64,000 nucleotides of DNA. Source: a virus. Taxonomy: Duplodnaviria > Caudoviricetes. The DNA lies in IMG/VR virus record IMGVR_UViG_3300017700_000931, positions 224,001-288,000 of that record. One strand, given 5' to 3'. The notes beneath the pieces are model-generated. The model worked only from the letters and a program-made list of their open reading frames with translations. It ran no database searches and was not told the DNA's origin. Below are positions 19,558 to 29,449 of the stretch, one piece after another (position 1 is the first letter of the stretch; each line of letters starts with the position of its first letter). The position numbers were made by a program, and so were the translations under genes.

Positions 19558-20012
19558 CAATCGAATTAGTTCCATCAACATGTTGGTTCTCTAATGTAAG
19601 GAGCCAACTTCCAACGAAAGAATGGGATAGGCTTAGAAAAGAATCATATGCTAAGGCAAATCATAAATGTGAAATTTGTAATGGCTCCGGCTTAGAACAA
19701 GGCTATAAGCATCCGGTGGAGTGTCACGAAATATGGTCCTATGATGATGAAAAGAAAATTCAAAAACTTGAGGGTCTAATTTCATTATGCCCACAATGTC
19801 ACCAAGTGAAACATATTGGAAGAACTACTATTATCGGAAAACAACCAGAAGCATTTAAGCAATTAGAAGACGTTAACGGATGGAACCATAAAGAAGTGGT
19901 TGAATATGTTGCTGAGTCTTTTTTATTACACAGATGGCGTTCCAATTTTGATTGGACCCTAGACATTGGGATTCTAACCGAATCTTATGGCGTGGATAAA
20001 AAATTCTTGTAA
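19536..20012 (+). CDS. HNH endonuclease
   Basis: CEIC...ECHEIW...LCPQCHQVKH. Confidence 0.85.
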   Translation: MAKPPKLTIELVPSTCWFSNVRSQLPTKEWDRLRKESYAKANHKCEICNGSGLEQGYKHPVECHEIWSYDDEKKIQKLEGLISLCPQCHQVKHIGRTTIIGKQPEAFKQLEDVNGWNHKEVVEYVAESFLLHRWRSNFDWTLDIGILTESYGVDKKFL

Positions 20013-20158
20013 TCAATTTTTCTTTTGAAGTAACGATTGTATTTGTTCATCCTTAGATAAATTGAACATTATTTCAGCCTCGTTATCTGTTATTGCAGCT
20101 TCATCGAGTTCCATTAACAAAACATACAACTTACGTTTTGCTTCTAAAATCTCTTCTT

Positions 20159-20371
20159 TCACGTTAATGCTTTTAATGGTTTGTGCTCACCAGTTAAATT
20201 GTTTACACTGCCATTATCAGTTATGCTAACATAAGTACTCCGGTCATACGTAAAACTAGGATTAACTGTGAATAACGCCGATTGATTTGTGTTCAACCAT
20301 TTCTTATACAAGAGATGGCCGTTCATCCAAACATAAACTTCCTTACCAATTATTTCTGAATGTGCTGCCAT
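20159..20371 (-). CDS. Hypothetical protein
   Basis: 70-aa coupled ORF. Confidence 0.6.
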   Translation of the reverse strand: MAAHSEIIGKEVYVWMNGHLLYKKWLNTNQSALFTVNPSFTYDRSTYVSITDNGSVNNLTGEHKPLKALT

Positions 20372-20775
20372 TATTCTTCCTCCTCTTTATCGTTATAATA
20401 ATTACCATACTTTTCTGGATAGTTATCCATCATGCTTTTAATAATACCCTCGAACTTAACTAAGGTCTCATAATCCAACGCAGAAATCGCATTGTGTGAC
20501 CTTAAATCAATCAAAGATATCATAGGGCCAGTATTGGTTTCTTTCTGATTCCTACGTTTAACAGAAATCATCTCTTTTTTTGGTGGTTCAACATTTGGAA
20601 CCACTCCGGCTAATTGACCATATAATTCACTAATAGGAATTGAAACAATACCAGTTTTCATTCCTTTAAGTTTCATAGAGACACCCTGACTTTCAGTCAT
20701 TGTAATAATGATTTCTCTATCGTTAACCTTAATACTTGATTCCCTAGTAATGTCTTTCTCTAATTTAGTCGCCAT
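20371..20775 (-). CDS. Hypothetical protein
   Basis: 134-aa ORF. Confidence 0.65.
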   Translation of the reverse strand: MATKLEKDITRESSIKVNDREIIITMTESQGVSMKLKGMKTGIVSIPISELYGQLAGVVPNVEPPKKEMISVKRRNQKETNTGPMISLIDLRSHNAISALDYETLVKFEGIIKSMMDNYPEKYGNYYNDKEEEE

Positions 20776-20778
20776 AGT

Positions 20779-21387
20779 TTAAGCTCTAAGTTTAGTTAGT
20801 AGTTCATCAAATATTGGGTAGTAATCCCTTGTGTCAAAATCATCTGGGTCAATCGCTTTGAATTTAAAATACAATTCATTACATGCACCAAAATCTACAA
20901 TCTTTTGATGTTTCTTTAATTGTAATCCGAATTCTAGAATCCTCAATGCATGGAACATACCTTTCTTGGCTCTATCCGCATAACCACTCTTAGCTTGTTG
21001 GTCAGCAATGTGACGACTGGCAGAAGCTTTCTGAATAATCTTTTTCACCATTTGTTTTTCATCCCAGCTACCAATCTTAAATGGCCATTTTTTCAAGATG
21101 ACATCATCCGGTGCTAATGAAAGACACTCTAAAGCACCAATCTCATAATTGTTGATTGCGTCAATGAATCCACCTCTAGAATAAACCACGCCTTGAATTT
21201 TCCAATCCTTACTGGTGATAGCGTTGTTTTTAAATGCTCCACTATCAAGCATGGCATTCTTCATTACAATAATATAATCGTAATCAGACTTTTCATCGGC
21301 GGTTCCGTAAACACGGCTACCGTAAGGGAAGATACCAATTACCTCACCTTCAATTCCTAACTCACTTAATATTTTTTCTGTGTTCAT
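20779..21387 (-). CDS. Pol-beta-superfamily nucleotidyltransferase
   Basis: YGSRVYGTADEKSDYDY; helical C-terminus with FHALRIL. Confidence 0.85.
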   Translation of the reverse strand: MNTEKILSELGIEGEVIGIFPYGSRVYGTADEKSDYDYIIVMKNAMLDSGAFKNNAITSKDWKIQGVVYSRGGFIDAINNYEIGALECLSLAPDDVILKKWPFKIGSWDEKQMVKKIIQKASASRHIADQQAKSGYADRAKKGMFHALRILEFGLQLKKHQKIVDFGACNELYFKFKAIDPDDFDTRDYYPIFDELLTKLRA

Positions 21388-22237
21388 CAGTATAAGATTT
21401 TATTATGTCATAAGATATCCCAGTCCCCTCAACTACTTTATCATCAATTATATCCAAAGCAGCTAATTTATCTTCTTTGGTTTCTAAACGGGATAAAATA
21501 TTTCTTATTCTAGTATTGATGATAATATCTTTTTCTGTCTCACTATCTTCTTCTCGTTTTCTTTTTAATTCACCAAGACTCATTAGGAAAAATAGAACAG
21601 AGATTATCATCCCAGTAATACTCCAAAATGTAATTGACCACCAAAATAAAGCAACGCAAAATATTTGTGTCACAATGATTGAGATTTGAAATCCCTTCTT
21701 AATATTAAAATGTTCAAACATGTGTCTTAAAAATAAACCACCATCCATTGGATAGATAGGCAAGAGATTAAAAACGAACATCAATGCATTCATCACTAAT
21801 CCGGTTAACACAAGATTCTGGCCAACACTCATATTTTCCAAAGCCTTTATTGAACCACCTTCAAAATCTTGAAAAGCAAAGAACCCAAGACCGATGAATA
21901 AAATAAACATTATCAAATTAGTGAGCGGCCCAGCAAAAGCAATCCACATGATTTGTTTTGGTTTTAGTTTTTCCATATCACCATCAACCAATGCAACCCC
22001 ACCGAGAAAAGATAATACAACCGTTGGTGTATTCACACCATATTTCCTAGCTGCAAAGATGTGGCCGAATTCATGAACCAATACAAAGGCATAAATCATT
22101 AAGATTGTAAGTGAACTTAACAACATCTTAGATACCGGACCAGTGAAATCAATCACAAATAAAAAGACCAATAACAATGACCAATGTATTTTTACATCAA
22201 CCGAAAACAAATTAAATAATTTAAAACTCTTTAGCAT
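21362..22237 (-). CDS. Site-2 protease (M50) intramembrane metalloprotease
   Basis: VHEFGH, AFAGPLTN, FNLLPIYPMDGG, multiple TM segments. Confidence 0.95.
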   Translation of the reverse strand: MLKSFKLFNLFSVDVKIHWSLLLVFLFVIDFTGPVSKMLLSSLTILMIYAFVLVHEFGHIFAARKYGVNTPTVVLSFLGGVALVDGDMEKLKPKQIMWIAFAGPLTNLIMFILFIGLGFFAFQDFEGGSIKALENMSVGQNLVLTGLVMNALMFVFNLLPIYPMDGGLFLRHMFEHFNIKKGFQISIIVTQIFCVALFWWSITFWSITGMIISVLFFLMSLGELKRKREEDSETEKDIIINTRIRNILSRLETKEDKLAALDIIDDKVVEGTGISYDIIKSYTDEHRKNIK

Positions 22238-22246
22238 AATTTTTTT

Positions 22247-22540
22247 TTAAAAGGGTAAATCGTTGTTTATATAACCATAACCCAATATCGAGTCATCCGG
22301 TTTCACATAATCTGGGTTATCAATCTTATCTACTACGATGGTATTATTTATCGGGTAGAAAGAAATCGCATCATATGGTTCATACCTATTAAGTGGGGGC
22401 TCATTTTCCACTGAAAATACATATGCAATACCATTAATTTGCATGATATCAGCAAATACTTCCTTCTGAATCACTGATAAACCACATAAAATCTCTAATT
22501 TAAAGATAAATCTAGGGTGTCTAACCTCATTTTTCTTCAT
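22247..22540 (-). CDS. Hypothetical protein
   Basis: 97-aa ORF. Confidence 0.55.
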   Translation of the reverse strand: MKKNEVRHPRFIFKLEILCGLSVIQKEVFADIMQINGIAYVFSVENEPPLNRYEPYDAISFYPINNTIVVDKIDNPDYVKPDDSILGYGYINNDLPF

Positions 22541-22844
22541 TTTTAATCGTTAATAACTCTTTTTCGTTATTTTTTACCACCTCAGAGTACTTATCGTGGT
22601 ACATATTCTCCCCATTTACACGCTTCATGAACTTAATTCGAGCATAAAAAGCTGAAAATACGAAGAAAATGATGTTTGTTAGGAACAATTTCCCTACAAT
22701 ATCTGGAAAATCAAGCCAAATTCCCAAAATTAATGTCCCAAAAAAGCTAAAAAAGCAAATACTGACCGCTTTATTGACCATATGGTCGATAAAAGTGAAG
22801 TTTCGCTTGTCCAATTTCCTGTTATTATACCTATATTCACCCAT
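22527..22844 (-). CDS. Small 2-TM membrane protein
   Basis: Hydrophobic segments. Confidence 0.6.
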   Translation of the reverse strand: MGEYRYNNRKLDKRNFTFIDHMVNKAVSICFFSFFGTLILGIWLDFPDIVGKLFLTNIIFFVFSAFYARIKFMKRVNGENMYHDKYSEVVKNNEKELLTIKNEEK

Positions 22845-22942
22845 ATTTTATGTGTTAAATTGACTCAAAATCAACGATTTAAGCCTTATTTTATGCTAAA
22901 AACACCCCTTTTTGACCATTTTTAGGCCCAAAAACAGCATTT

Positions 22943-23692
22943 TTACCCCTTTTTATCCAGTTTTTTCTGGTATTTACCCTGTACTACCTCTATAACAAGC
23001 ATAATAAAGATGATAAAGTAGAAAGTAGTACTACTCATAGGGGTAATATGCTCCCCAAATAGCTCCATATGGGCCAAATGACCCCCTTCTGTCACCAACA
23101 TTATACCCACTACAAACAAAACAAACAGTCCTAATACCTCATACATCCGGTTTCTATTGATAAAATCTGATACCCTATTAGACATCCATATCATTATTAC
23201 ACCAGAAACGACCACAGCTGCCGCCATTAATACAAACGAATCACTTAATGCTATTGCCGCTAACGTACTATCGAAGGAAAACACTAGATTCATCAATAAA
23301 ATCATTACGATTATCTTAAATGTGGATGATTTTTTCTTGGTTTCTTCCCCATGGTCCTCTTTAAGCATATGAATGATTTCTTTCATGGCCGTATAGATGA
23401 TGAAAATCCCACCCAATAATACGATTAGACTATGAACATTAAATTCACCACCAATAACAAAGTTACAAACTTCAAATAATGGCTCCTGAAAATCCTTAAT
23501 CAAATGAACTAACAAAAATAATAATACAACCCTGAGCACTATCGCCAAACCAAGAGCCCAACGTCTAACCATGACCTCCTTATCCTTGGGTGCTCTTTTA
23601 GCTTCAATAGAAATGTATAATAGGTTATCAAAACCTAAAACCAATTGCAATAAAACCAGCATCAAAAATGTTAATGTATACTCTGCCCACAT
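22943..23692 (-). CDS. terC: TerC-family integral membrane protein
   Basis: LQLVLGFDNLLYI, LVFSFDS, LMAAAV, FVVGIMLVTEG; about 7 TM segments. Confidence 0.92.
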   Translation of the reverse strand: MWAEYTLTFLMLVLLQLVLGFDNLLYISIEAKRAPKDKEVMVRRWALGLAIVLRVVLLFLLVHLIKDFQEPLFEVCNFVIGGEFNVHSLIVLLGGIFIIYTAMKEIIHMLKEDHGEETKKKSSTFKIIVMILLMNLVFSFDSTLAAIALSDSFVLMAAAVVVSGVIMIWMSNRVSDFINRNRMYEVLGLFVLFVVGIMLVTEGGHLAHMELFGEHITPMSSTTFYFIIFIMLVIEVVQGKYQKKLDKKG

Positions 23693-23695
23693 AAA

Positions 23696-24109
23696 TTACC
23701 AATCGTATGTAAAACTATTAATATTATTATTCATGAATTCTTCAAAGATTGGTTGATATTCCTTTTTCAACAAATCTATCGCTTCTGGAGAATGTGTAAG
23801 CGTATAACACTCTGGGTCCAGAAATAAACTTAATTGTTCTTCAAATAAATTTTCTAGTTCATATGTTCTATGCCTATCAAATTCAAATCGTTTTTCTTTT
23901 GCCCATTTCGTAAAGTTAGGAAATTTACCACCAATTGATGGTGCATAACCTAAATTCCTACCACCAGAACCATAATACCATGTACTAAACCTAATTGCGA
24001 AATCTGCTGAACTATTAATAATTTCTTTTTGTAGTTCATTCCGCCTTTGTGTTAAAACACTAATTTGCTTATCCACCGAATCAAGTTCAGCCATTAAATT
24101 CTCAATCAT
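23696..24109 (-). CDS. Hypothetical protein
   Basis: 137-aa ORF. Confidence 0.6.
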   Translation of the reverse strand: MIENLMAELDSVDKQISVLTQRRNELQKEIINSSADFAIRFSTWYYGSGGRNLGYAPSIGGKFPNFTKWAKEKRFEFDRHRTYELENLFEEQLSLFLDPECYTLTHSPEAIDLLKKEYQPIFEEFMNNNINSFTYDW

Positions 24110-24699
24110 TCTACATCCAAGTTTAAAGTCGCAAAGGTTTTAACCTCATAGTGACTAATGAATTTTGTGAATTCAATTTTTTGCCCACCAACCAATTTAT
24201 AGTTGGGCTTAAAATTAATAACACCTAAGTTAATATTAACTGAACCAATGGTCGCATCATCAGACAACATAATTCCTCTATGAGCCGGAGAACAATGCCA
24301 AGAATAAACAACATATAGTAACATGTATTTAATCACATCAGCAGTATCCTTAGTAGAAGCTGGGTCAACATAAGCCATGTTGAAATATCTCATCAGAAAA
24401 GTCTCGAACCCAATTTTAATGTCATTGGTAGGAGCCAGTGTGTATTCCATCATAACACATTCGTAAGTGTCATTACCAGAATGTAACAATGTATCACCCT
24501 CTAGCATTTTATTTGTGTTGGCCTTAGCAGCAAAATACAAATCATTATCCCAACGTAATGTACTAACACCATTAGCTTTACGGTATGTATTAACATATCC
24601 GAATAGCTCAGAATCTTGTCCGAAAACAATGCTGGTTAAAAATAATATTGGGAATAATAATTTCATAGTGGTTGGTTTCAATACATCAAAGATAAACAT
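24106..24699 (-). CDS. Secreted CAP/SCP-domain protein
   Basis: Signal peptide; VNTYRKANGVSTLRWD...LLHS...WHCSPAHRGIML. Confidence 0.85.
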   Translation of the reverse strand: MFIFDVLKPTTMKLLFPILFLTSIVFGQDSELFGYVNTYRKANGVSTLRWDNDLYFAAKANTNKMLEGDTLLHSGNDTYECVMMEYTLAPTNDIKIGFETFLMRYFNMAYVDPASTKDTADVIKYMLLYVVYSWHCSPAHRGIMLSDDATIGSVNINLGVINFKPNYKLVGGQKIEFTKFISHYEVKTFATLNLDVE

Positions 24700-24739
24700 A
24701 ATATTTTAATCCACCAAATAATTTTGAAACAATTTTTAA

Positions 24740-25039
24740 TTAAAATGTAATCTTCTCAACGCTACGAACACTCGAATCATCATCTTTTTGACATAGTCTA
24801 ACATAAGACATCACCTCGGATTGAATATGTTTTTTAGCAATATCTTCAGTTAAAAATTTCTTTGGAACTATAGCCCCAAGTTGATAATCAGTAACATCAC
24901 ACCAATAAAAAAATATCGATTTGTATTGCACGTTAAAATAAACATCACCACCAACTAATTTATATTTTAGAATTCGCCAGTTCTTTGGTAATGAGCGTTT
25001 CCTATTAATTTTTCTCTCAATTATTCCTGTCCAACTCAT
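24740..25039 (-). CDS. Hypothetical protein
   Basis: 99-aa ORF. Confidence 0.6.
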   Translation of the reverse strand: MSWTGIIERKINRKRSLPKNWRILKYKLVGGDVYFNVQYKSIFFYWCDVTDYQLGAIVPKKFLTEDIAKKHIQSEVMSYVRLCQKDDDSSVRSVEKITF

Positions 25040-25259
25040 CCTTTAAATACTTTTCAAATTTAACTATCGTAGCAATCTTATGATGACTGCTATCACTCCA
25101 AACCAATGCTTTACCTTCTAATGAAATAACAATCAATTTATCATATTCCATTACATCAAAACCTAATTCACGATAAGATGTAAATTTGTCCCTAACAAAA
25201 ATATCACGTTCCTCAGATGTCATCTGATTCCAGTTAGAAACAATTTTACAATGTACCAT
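25017..25259 (-). CDS. Hypothetical protein
   Basis: 80-aa ORF. Confidence 0.55.
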   Translation of the reverse strand: MVHCKIVSNWNQMTSEERDIFVRDKFTSYRELGFDVMEYDKLIVISLEGKALVWSDSSHHKIATIVKFEKYLKDELDRNN

Positions 25260-25533
25260 ATTACTAAACGTTTTTAATTCATTAGGGAAGAAGGGGGCTG
25301 GGGGATGATGGGTCGGGTTTAGCGACCTAACGCTAAAAAACGGCCTTTTTAGCCCAAAAACCCAGTTTTAGTCTACTTTCTTAAAGTTAACCTTACCGTG
25401 CTTAAAAACCCTCTCAAGTTTTGCTGTAACCGGATTAGAATCCCTTTTAGTTTTTACCTTTAGGATAATATTATCCTTACCAGTAAATCTTACTTCCTTA
25501 TTTAATGCTTCAATGAAATCCTTCATATCTTAT

Positions 25534-25905
25534 TTAATTTGCACCTATGCGCTCAATTTCTTCTGTTAAAATCTTCTTAGTCTCAATGCTAACACACTCC
25601 TCAACCTGAGCCTTCGCTTTTTCTTTTCTTAAAAAAGCAAATCTACTCTCATGAGCCCAATGTATATCCTTACCTTGAATTTGTTTTCCCCCACATGGAA
25701 CACAAACTGTATACCGATGATGAAATGGGTCTAATGTTAAACCAATATCATAACACCAAACTCGACAACAAGTGGTTTTTGTCCTATTAAGTATTTTATA
25801 TTCTTGACCAAATTTAATTGTATGCTCTCGGTCATCAATACACTTTACGATATCACCAACTTCAAATTTTGGTTTCTTACTAAATAATCTGCTTAACCAA
25901 CTCAT
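25534..25905 (-). CDS. Hypothetical protein (KOW/SH3-like FEVGDIVKC start, Cys-rich)
   Basis: 123-aa ORF behind a TATCTTTG promoter. Confidence 0.6.
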   Translation of the reverse strand: MSWLSRLFSKKPKFEVGDIVKCIDDREHTIKFGQEYKILNRTKTTCCRVWCYDIGLTLDPFHHRYTVCVPCGGKQIQGKDIHWAHESRFAFLRKEKAKAQVEECVSIETKKILTEEIERIGAN

Positions 25906-25968
25906 ACCAAATCCAATTTTTTACAAAGATACAATTTATTACCTAAGAATCCAAATATTTATAATTAA

Positions 25969-26652
25969 ATGATGAAAAATTTTATAGGATATAGACTTAA
26001 ACAATTACTTGAAGGTAGATTAGCTTCTCACTCACCTAGTAATCCTGTAGGAAAGGACCCTAAGTTATCGAGCGATAACGATATTGCCAGAACTACCCAT
26101 AAGATTATAACCCTAAATGATAAATACGGAGATGACCCATACTTCCAAAATGCCCACGAGGGTGATGGAATCTATATGGCAACCATCCATACGAATGGAA
26201 GCGTTAGCATTAAAACACCTAACACTAAAAATAGGATTTCAGATTCTGACATAGGTATGCTATCCACCGGAACGGGTGGAAATAAACACGTATTTATTAA
26301 AGCTTATCGTGGAATCGAACACCCAGAATTTAAGGATAGAAAGGGTAATGTCAGAACTTCATCACCAGCTAATGATGCTGCAATAAAAACATATCTTCTA
26401 TTCGGTAAAGATATCCTAGACTTTGTGAAACAAAACCAACATGGAGAAAATCAATATACTTCCGATGAAAAAGATTTCAAATCACAAACCCCTGATAAAT
26501 GGCAATATAAATACGCCAAGCTCGATAAGGAAAAAAATCAATCTAAAAGTAAAATCACCATGGACCCAGATAAAGCGTCTGAAATGGAATTAAAACAAAA
26601 AGAACTTCAAGATAAAATCGCTAAGCTTAAACTAAGAAGAGGTCTATCCTAA
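25969..26652 (+). CDS. Hypothetical protein, probably late/virion
   Basis: 227 aa, ATATTTAT upstream, N-terminal LKQLLE. Confidence 0.7.
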   Translation: MMKNFIGYRLKQLLEGRLASHSPSNPVGKDPKLSSDNDIARTTHKIITLNDKYGDDPYFQNAHEGDGIYMATIHTNGSVSIKTPNTKNRISDSDIGMLSTGTGGNKHVFIKAYRGIEHPEFKDRKGNVRTSSPANDAAIKTYLLFGKDILDFVKQNQHGENQYTSDEKDFKSQTPDKWQYKYAKLDKEKNQSKSKITMDPDKASEMELKQKELQDKIAKLKLRRGLS

Positions 26653-27107
26653 TCTTTATCATGAACAGCTTTGTTCATTTTCTTTAAATTCGTAAGCGTC
26701 TTTGATTGAATCTCAGCTTCCAGCTCTAAAGCAATCTTATTTAACTTTCGATTGAATAATCTAGTTAAAAAAGCATCCTGTTTTTCAGTTAACGCAAATG
26801 AATCGGCATGATGACCATCCTGAATCGTTATCACCTTATAATCAATAATCACAAAGAAATTATCGTTATGAATAAACATCTTCTTTGTAATCGGTGCAAC
26901 AAATAAAATACTATCCTTTTTATTTATTAATCCAGTTGCAAGACTTATGGCCTCACGCTGCATCGCAGTCATTTGTAAATCTCTACGTTTACCAGCAATT
27001 CGCAGCTTTAATTTTTTCATCTTGAATCTCCAACCAAGCCTAATACGCTCCAATCCCAATATGAGATTAGCCAAGTCAAATCTATGGTTAAATAATATAG
27101 CCTTCAT
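26649..27107 (-). CDS. Hypothetical protein
   Basis: 152-aa ORF. Confidence 0.65.
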   Translation of the reverse strand: MKAILFNHRFDLANLILGLERIRLGWRFKMKKLKLRIAGKRRDLQMTAMQREAISLATGLINKKDSILFVAPITKKMFIHNDNFFVIIDYKVITIQDGHHADSFALTEKQDAFLTRLFNRKLNKIALELEAEIQSKTLTNLKKMNKAVHDKD

Positions 27108-27244
27108 CTTTTAATTTGATTTTAAATTCATTGTATTTTTTCAGGCTCTTACACTCAATTAAGCTTAATAGCTTACGCAATGTTAGAGCCTCAAGTTCCT
27201 CTTTAGTGTGTTTGTATAAACCCTTAACACACTCTCGCATTTCT

Positions 27245-27682
27245 TCAATCACCATCAGTTATTACTATTAAAGTGGTTAAATTAAATTCGGTTTTTAAAC
27301 GTTCAACCCATTCCTTAGCCTCAGAAGTGTATTTAAATTCTTTTCTGATTATTTCACAACCAAGAAGATTCATTTCAACAGACGCTCGGTGAGCCCAAAA
27401 ACCATCTGAAGTTATTTCATCAGATGCATTACCATCCTTATCTAAGAATACATAACCGGATTTTTTAATATAATCAGGTTCTAATGTTAAATCCTCAAAC
27501 AAAGAATACCAACCAGCTGGAGTGTAATTTCTAATAATAGATTTTTTACCCCAGAAATTTGTTTTACTTATTTCAGCAAGTTCATTTTTCCACCCGAATT
27601 GTTTTGTCCTTTTATTTGGGAAAATTTTAATGGTTTGGATATTACCAAGATTGAAATGCGTTTCTATACCTGTTGTTTCCAT
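27245..27682 (-). CDS. Hypothetical protein
   Basis: 145-aa ORF. Confidence 0.65.
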   Translation of the reverse strand: METTGIETHFNLGNIQTIKIFPNKRTKQFGWKNELAEISKTNFWGKKSIIRNYTPAGWYSLFEDLTLEPDYIKKSGYVFLDKDGNASDEITSDGFWAHRASVEMNLLGCEIIRKEFKYTSEAKEWVERLKTEFNLTTLIVITDGD

Positions 27683-27685
27683 GAT

Positions 27686-28021
27686 TTATGCTTTTAAATA
27701 CCAATCACGTTTCTTACTTAATATAAGCATAAACATCTCCTCATTGCCGATTGGGGTCTCTTCTGAGCCATGTGATTTATACTTTTCCTTATAATCACCT
27801 TGAATTATTAGTTGATACTTCTTTGTATTGTTAACCGTAAACGTAAGTAATAACGTAAATGGATTAATAAAGTTGCAACTAGGGTTAGAAATTGTCGTCA
27901 TATTGCCCTTAGCAATAAACTTGCTTCCTCGACCAATATACCAGTTGCCAATCTTAGTTAGTAGGTTACCATACCATATGGCCGTTTTACTCCCTCCGAA
28001 TTTCCTTGTGGTTTCTTCCAT
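27686..28021 (-). CDS. Hypothetical protein
   Basis: 111-aa ORF. Confidence 0.6.
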   Translation of the reverse strand: MEETTRKFGGSKTAIWYGNLLTKIGNWYIGRGSKFIAKGNMTTISNPSCNFINPFTLLLTFTVNNTKKYQLIIQGDYKEKYKSHGSEETPIGNEEMFMLILSKKRDWYLKA

Positions 28022-28073
28022 GATGCAAATTTAGACATTTAATTTGAATCTACCAAACTATTTTTAATAATAA

Positions 28074-28622
28074 TTAACAACTAGCAGACTTTATCTTTAA
28101 ACCTAATTCCTCTAAACCCTTATCATGACAGTCCCTAACACTAGCCATCCCATGCTTAGTAGCAATCTTTTGAAGTATCTTTGCATGGTAGGATTCTTCT
28201 GGCTCTATAATAGCAAACATATCCCGTAGGTCATCCGGTGTGTTTTCATCATTTATTATAACACGCATTCTACGTAAGGATAATCCTTCAGCATAGGCAC
28301 CGATGGCCGCAGCTGTTTGCATGTCACAGACGCAAGGTAATGCGTTTTTCCAGTACCTTCCATCCTTAGTTGATTTGGAATATAATTCGATTCCACGAGC
28401 ACGTAGGATATTATCAACTAATATGGCGTGATTGTGTTCTTGCTGAGCAATCTCAATGAAAATATCGTAGGCTTCTTTATCCTCTAGACAATATGTATTA
28501 GCGAAGTCTATAAAACGCTCTTCAGCATCCTTTTCATTATTATATAGGCCGACTAACCAGTGTTGCAGTTTTTCTGGATTATTTATACACTCGGTCCACC
28601 AAGCTTCAGTGATTTTATTCAT
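28074..28622 (-). CDS. Ferritin-like di-iron four-helix-bundle protein
   Basis: E..(QQEHNH)..E..(EESYH) duplicated ExxH ligand pattern. Confidence 0.8.
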   Translation of the reverse strand: MNKITEAWWTECINNPEKLQHWLVGLYNNEKDAEERFIDFANTYCLEDKEAYDIFIEIAQQEHNHAILVDNILRARGIELYSKSTKDGRYWKNALPCVCDMQTAAAIGAYAEGLSLRRMRVIINDENTPDDLRDMFAIIEPEESYHAKILQKIATKHGMASVRDCHDKGLEELGLKIKSASC

Positions 28623-28745
28623 AGGGGTTTAAAATATTTGGCCAAAATTTTCTGGGAAATTTTTTTTTGAAATAGGCATAGGTCACTTTTTACTTCGAAA
28701 AATTTCTGGAAAAAATTTGTTTGTCACTCCATATGCCCTATTAAG

Positions 28746-28822
28746 CACCCCCACACAGGGGGGGTGTAAGAGGGTTTACGGGGGGAGGGGTACGTAGGGG
28801 GTGTTACCCACCCCTCCCCCCG
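28746..28822. repeat. GC-rich inverted repeats / G-tract cluster
   Basis: Perfect 13-bp IR CGGGGGGAGGGGT (28779-28791) / ACCCCTCCCCCCG (28810-28822); CACCCCC/GGGGGTG hairpin (28746-28766). Confidence 0.85.
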
Positions 28823-28833
28823 CTAACAAAGGG

Positions 28834-29367
28834 TTAGGAGAACATCAATGTATCTCCTTTCATGGTCACCTTTGCCATGTTCGTAAGGTTGTAGTTTCGG
28901 TATTGCGTTGACTTCATCTCTTTGCGTATGTCATCTTTCGCAATGGTAAGTGGTTTTCTGGTATCTTCTTTATAGTCACCACTCACTAGCACTTCTTTTT
29001 TTACTTTCATTCCCACCACGTACAATTCGTTGGTTTCGTTGTGAATTTTTAATCCATTTGTCAGGTAAGTATAGGCATTTGTTTGACCTTCACTCATTGC
29101 TTTGCTAGGGCTAATTAGCGCACCTAACAGGGCTTTACGTGCCTCTTCTAATAATGCAGTACCCTGAGTACTTTTAATGGTTTTAACATCGAGGTTTTTA
29201 AGGTATTCAATATCCTTCAGTTTTGCATTCTCATAAGAGACACCGACGTTAATGAGTGTTTTTTGTGTTTCATTTGCTTCGTTTGTGTACACAATTGAAA
29301 CGAATGAGCAACCTGTAATGTTTTTCAGGTTTCCGAATAGTGTTGTAAGTGCTTGTAGAATTTTCAT
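28834..29367 (-). CDS. Hypothetical early protein
   Basis: 177 aa, own promoter-leader module. Confidence 0.75.
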   Translation of the reverse strand: MKILQALTTLFGNLKNITGCSFVSIVYTNEANETQKTLINVGVSYENAKLKDIEYLKNLDVKTIKSTQGTALLEEARKALLGALISPSKAMSEGQTNAYTYLTNGLKIHNETNELYVVGMKVKKEVLVSGDYKEDTRKPLTIAKDDIRKEMKSTQYRNYNLTNMAKVTMKGDTLMFS

Positions 29368-29449
29368 ACCTTAGTTGTTTGACAATACAAATATACGAAC
29401 AAAGTTTGAATCCACCAAATAATTAATGAATTATATTTTTATAAAGTTA

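Noticed and set aside
22238-22250. In-frame stop read-through from 22247..22540 into the M50 protease
   Set aside because: It is a TAA stop with no read-through context, and the protease has its own ATG and a complete domain.
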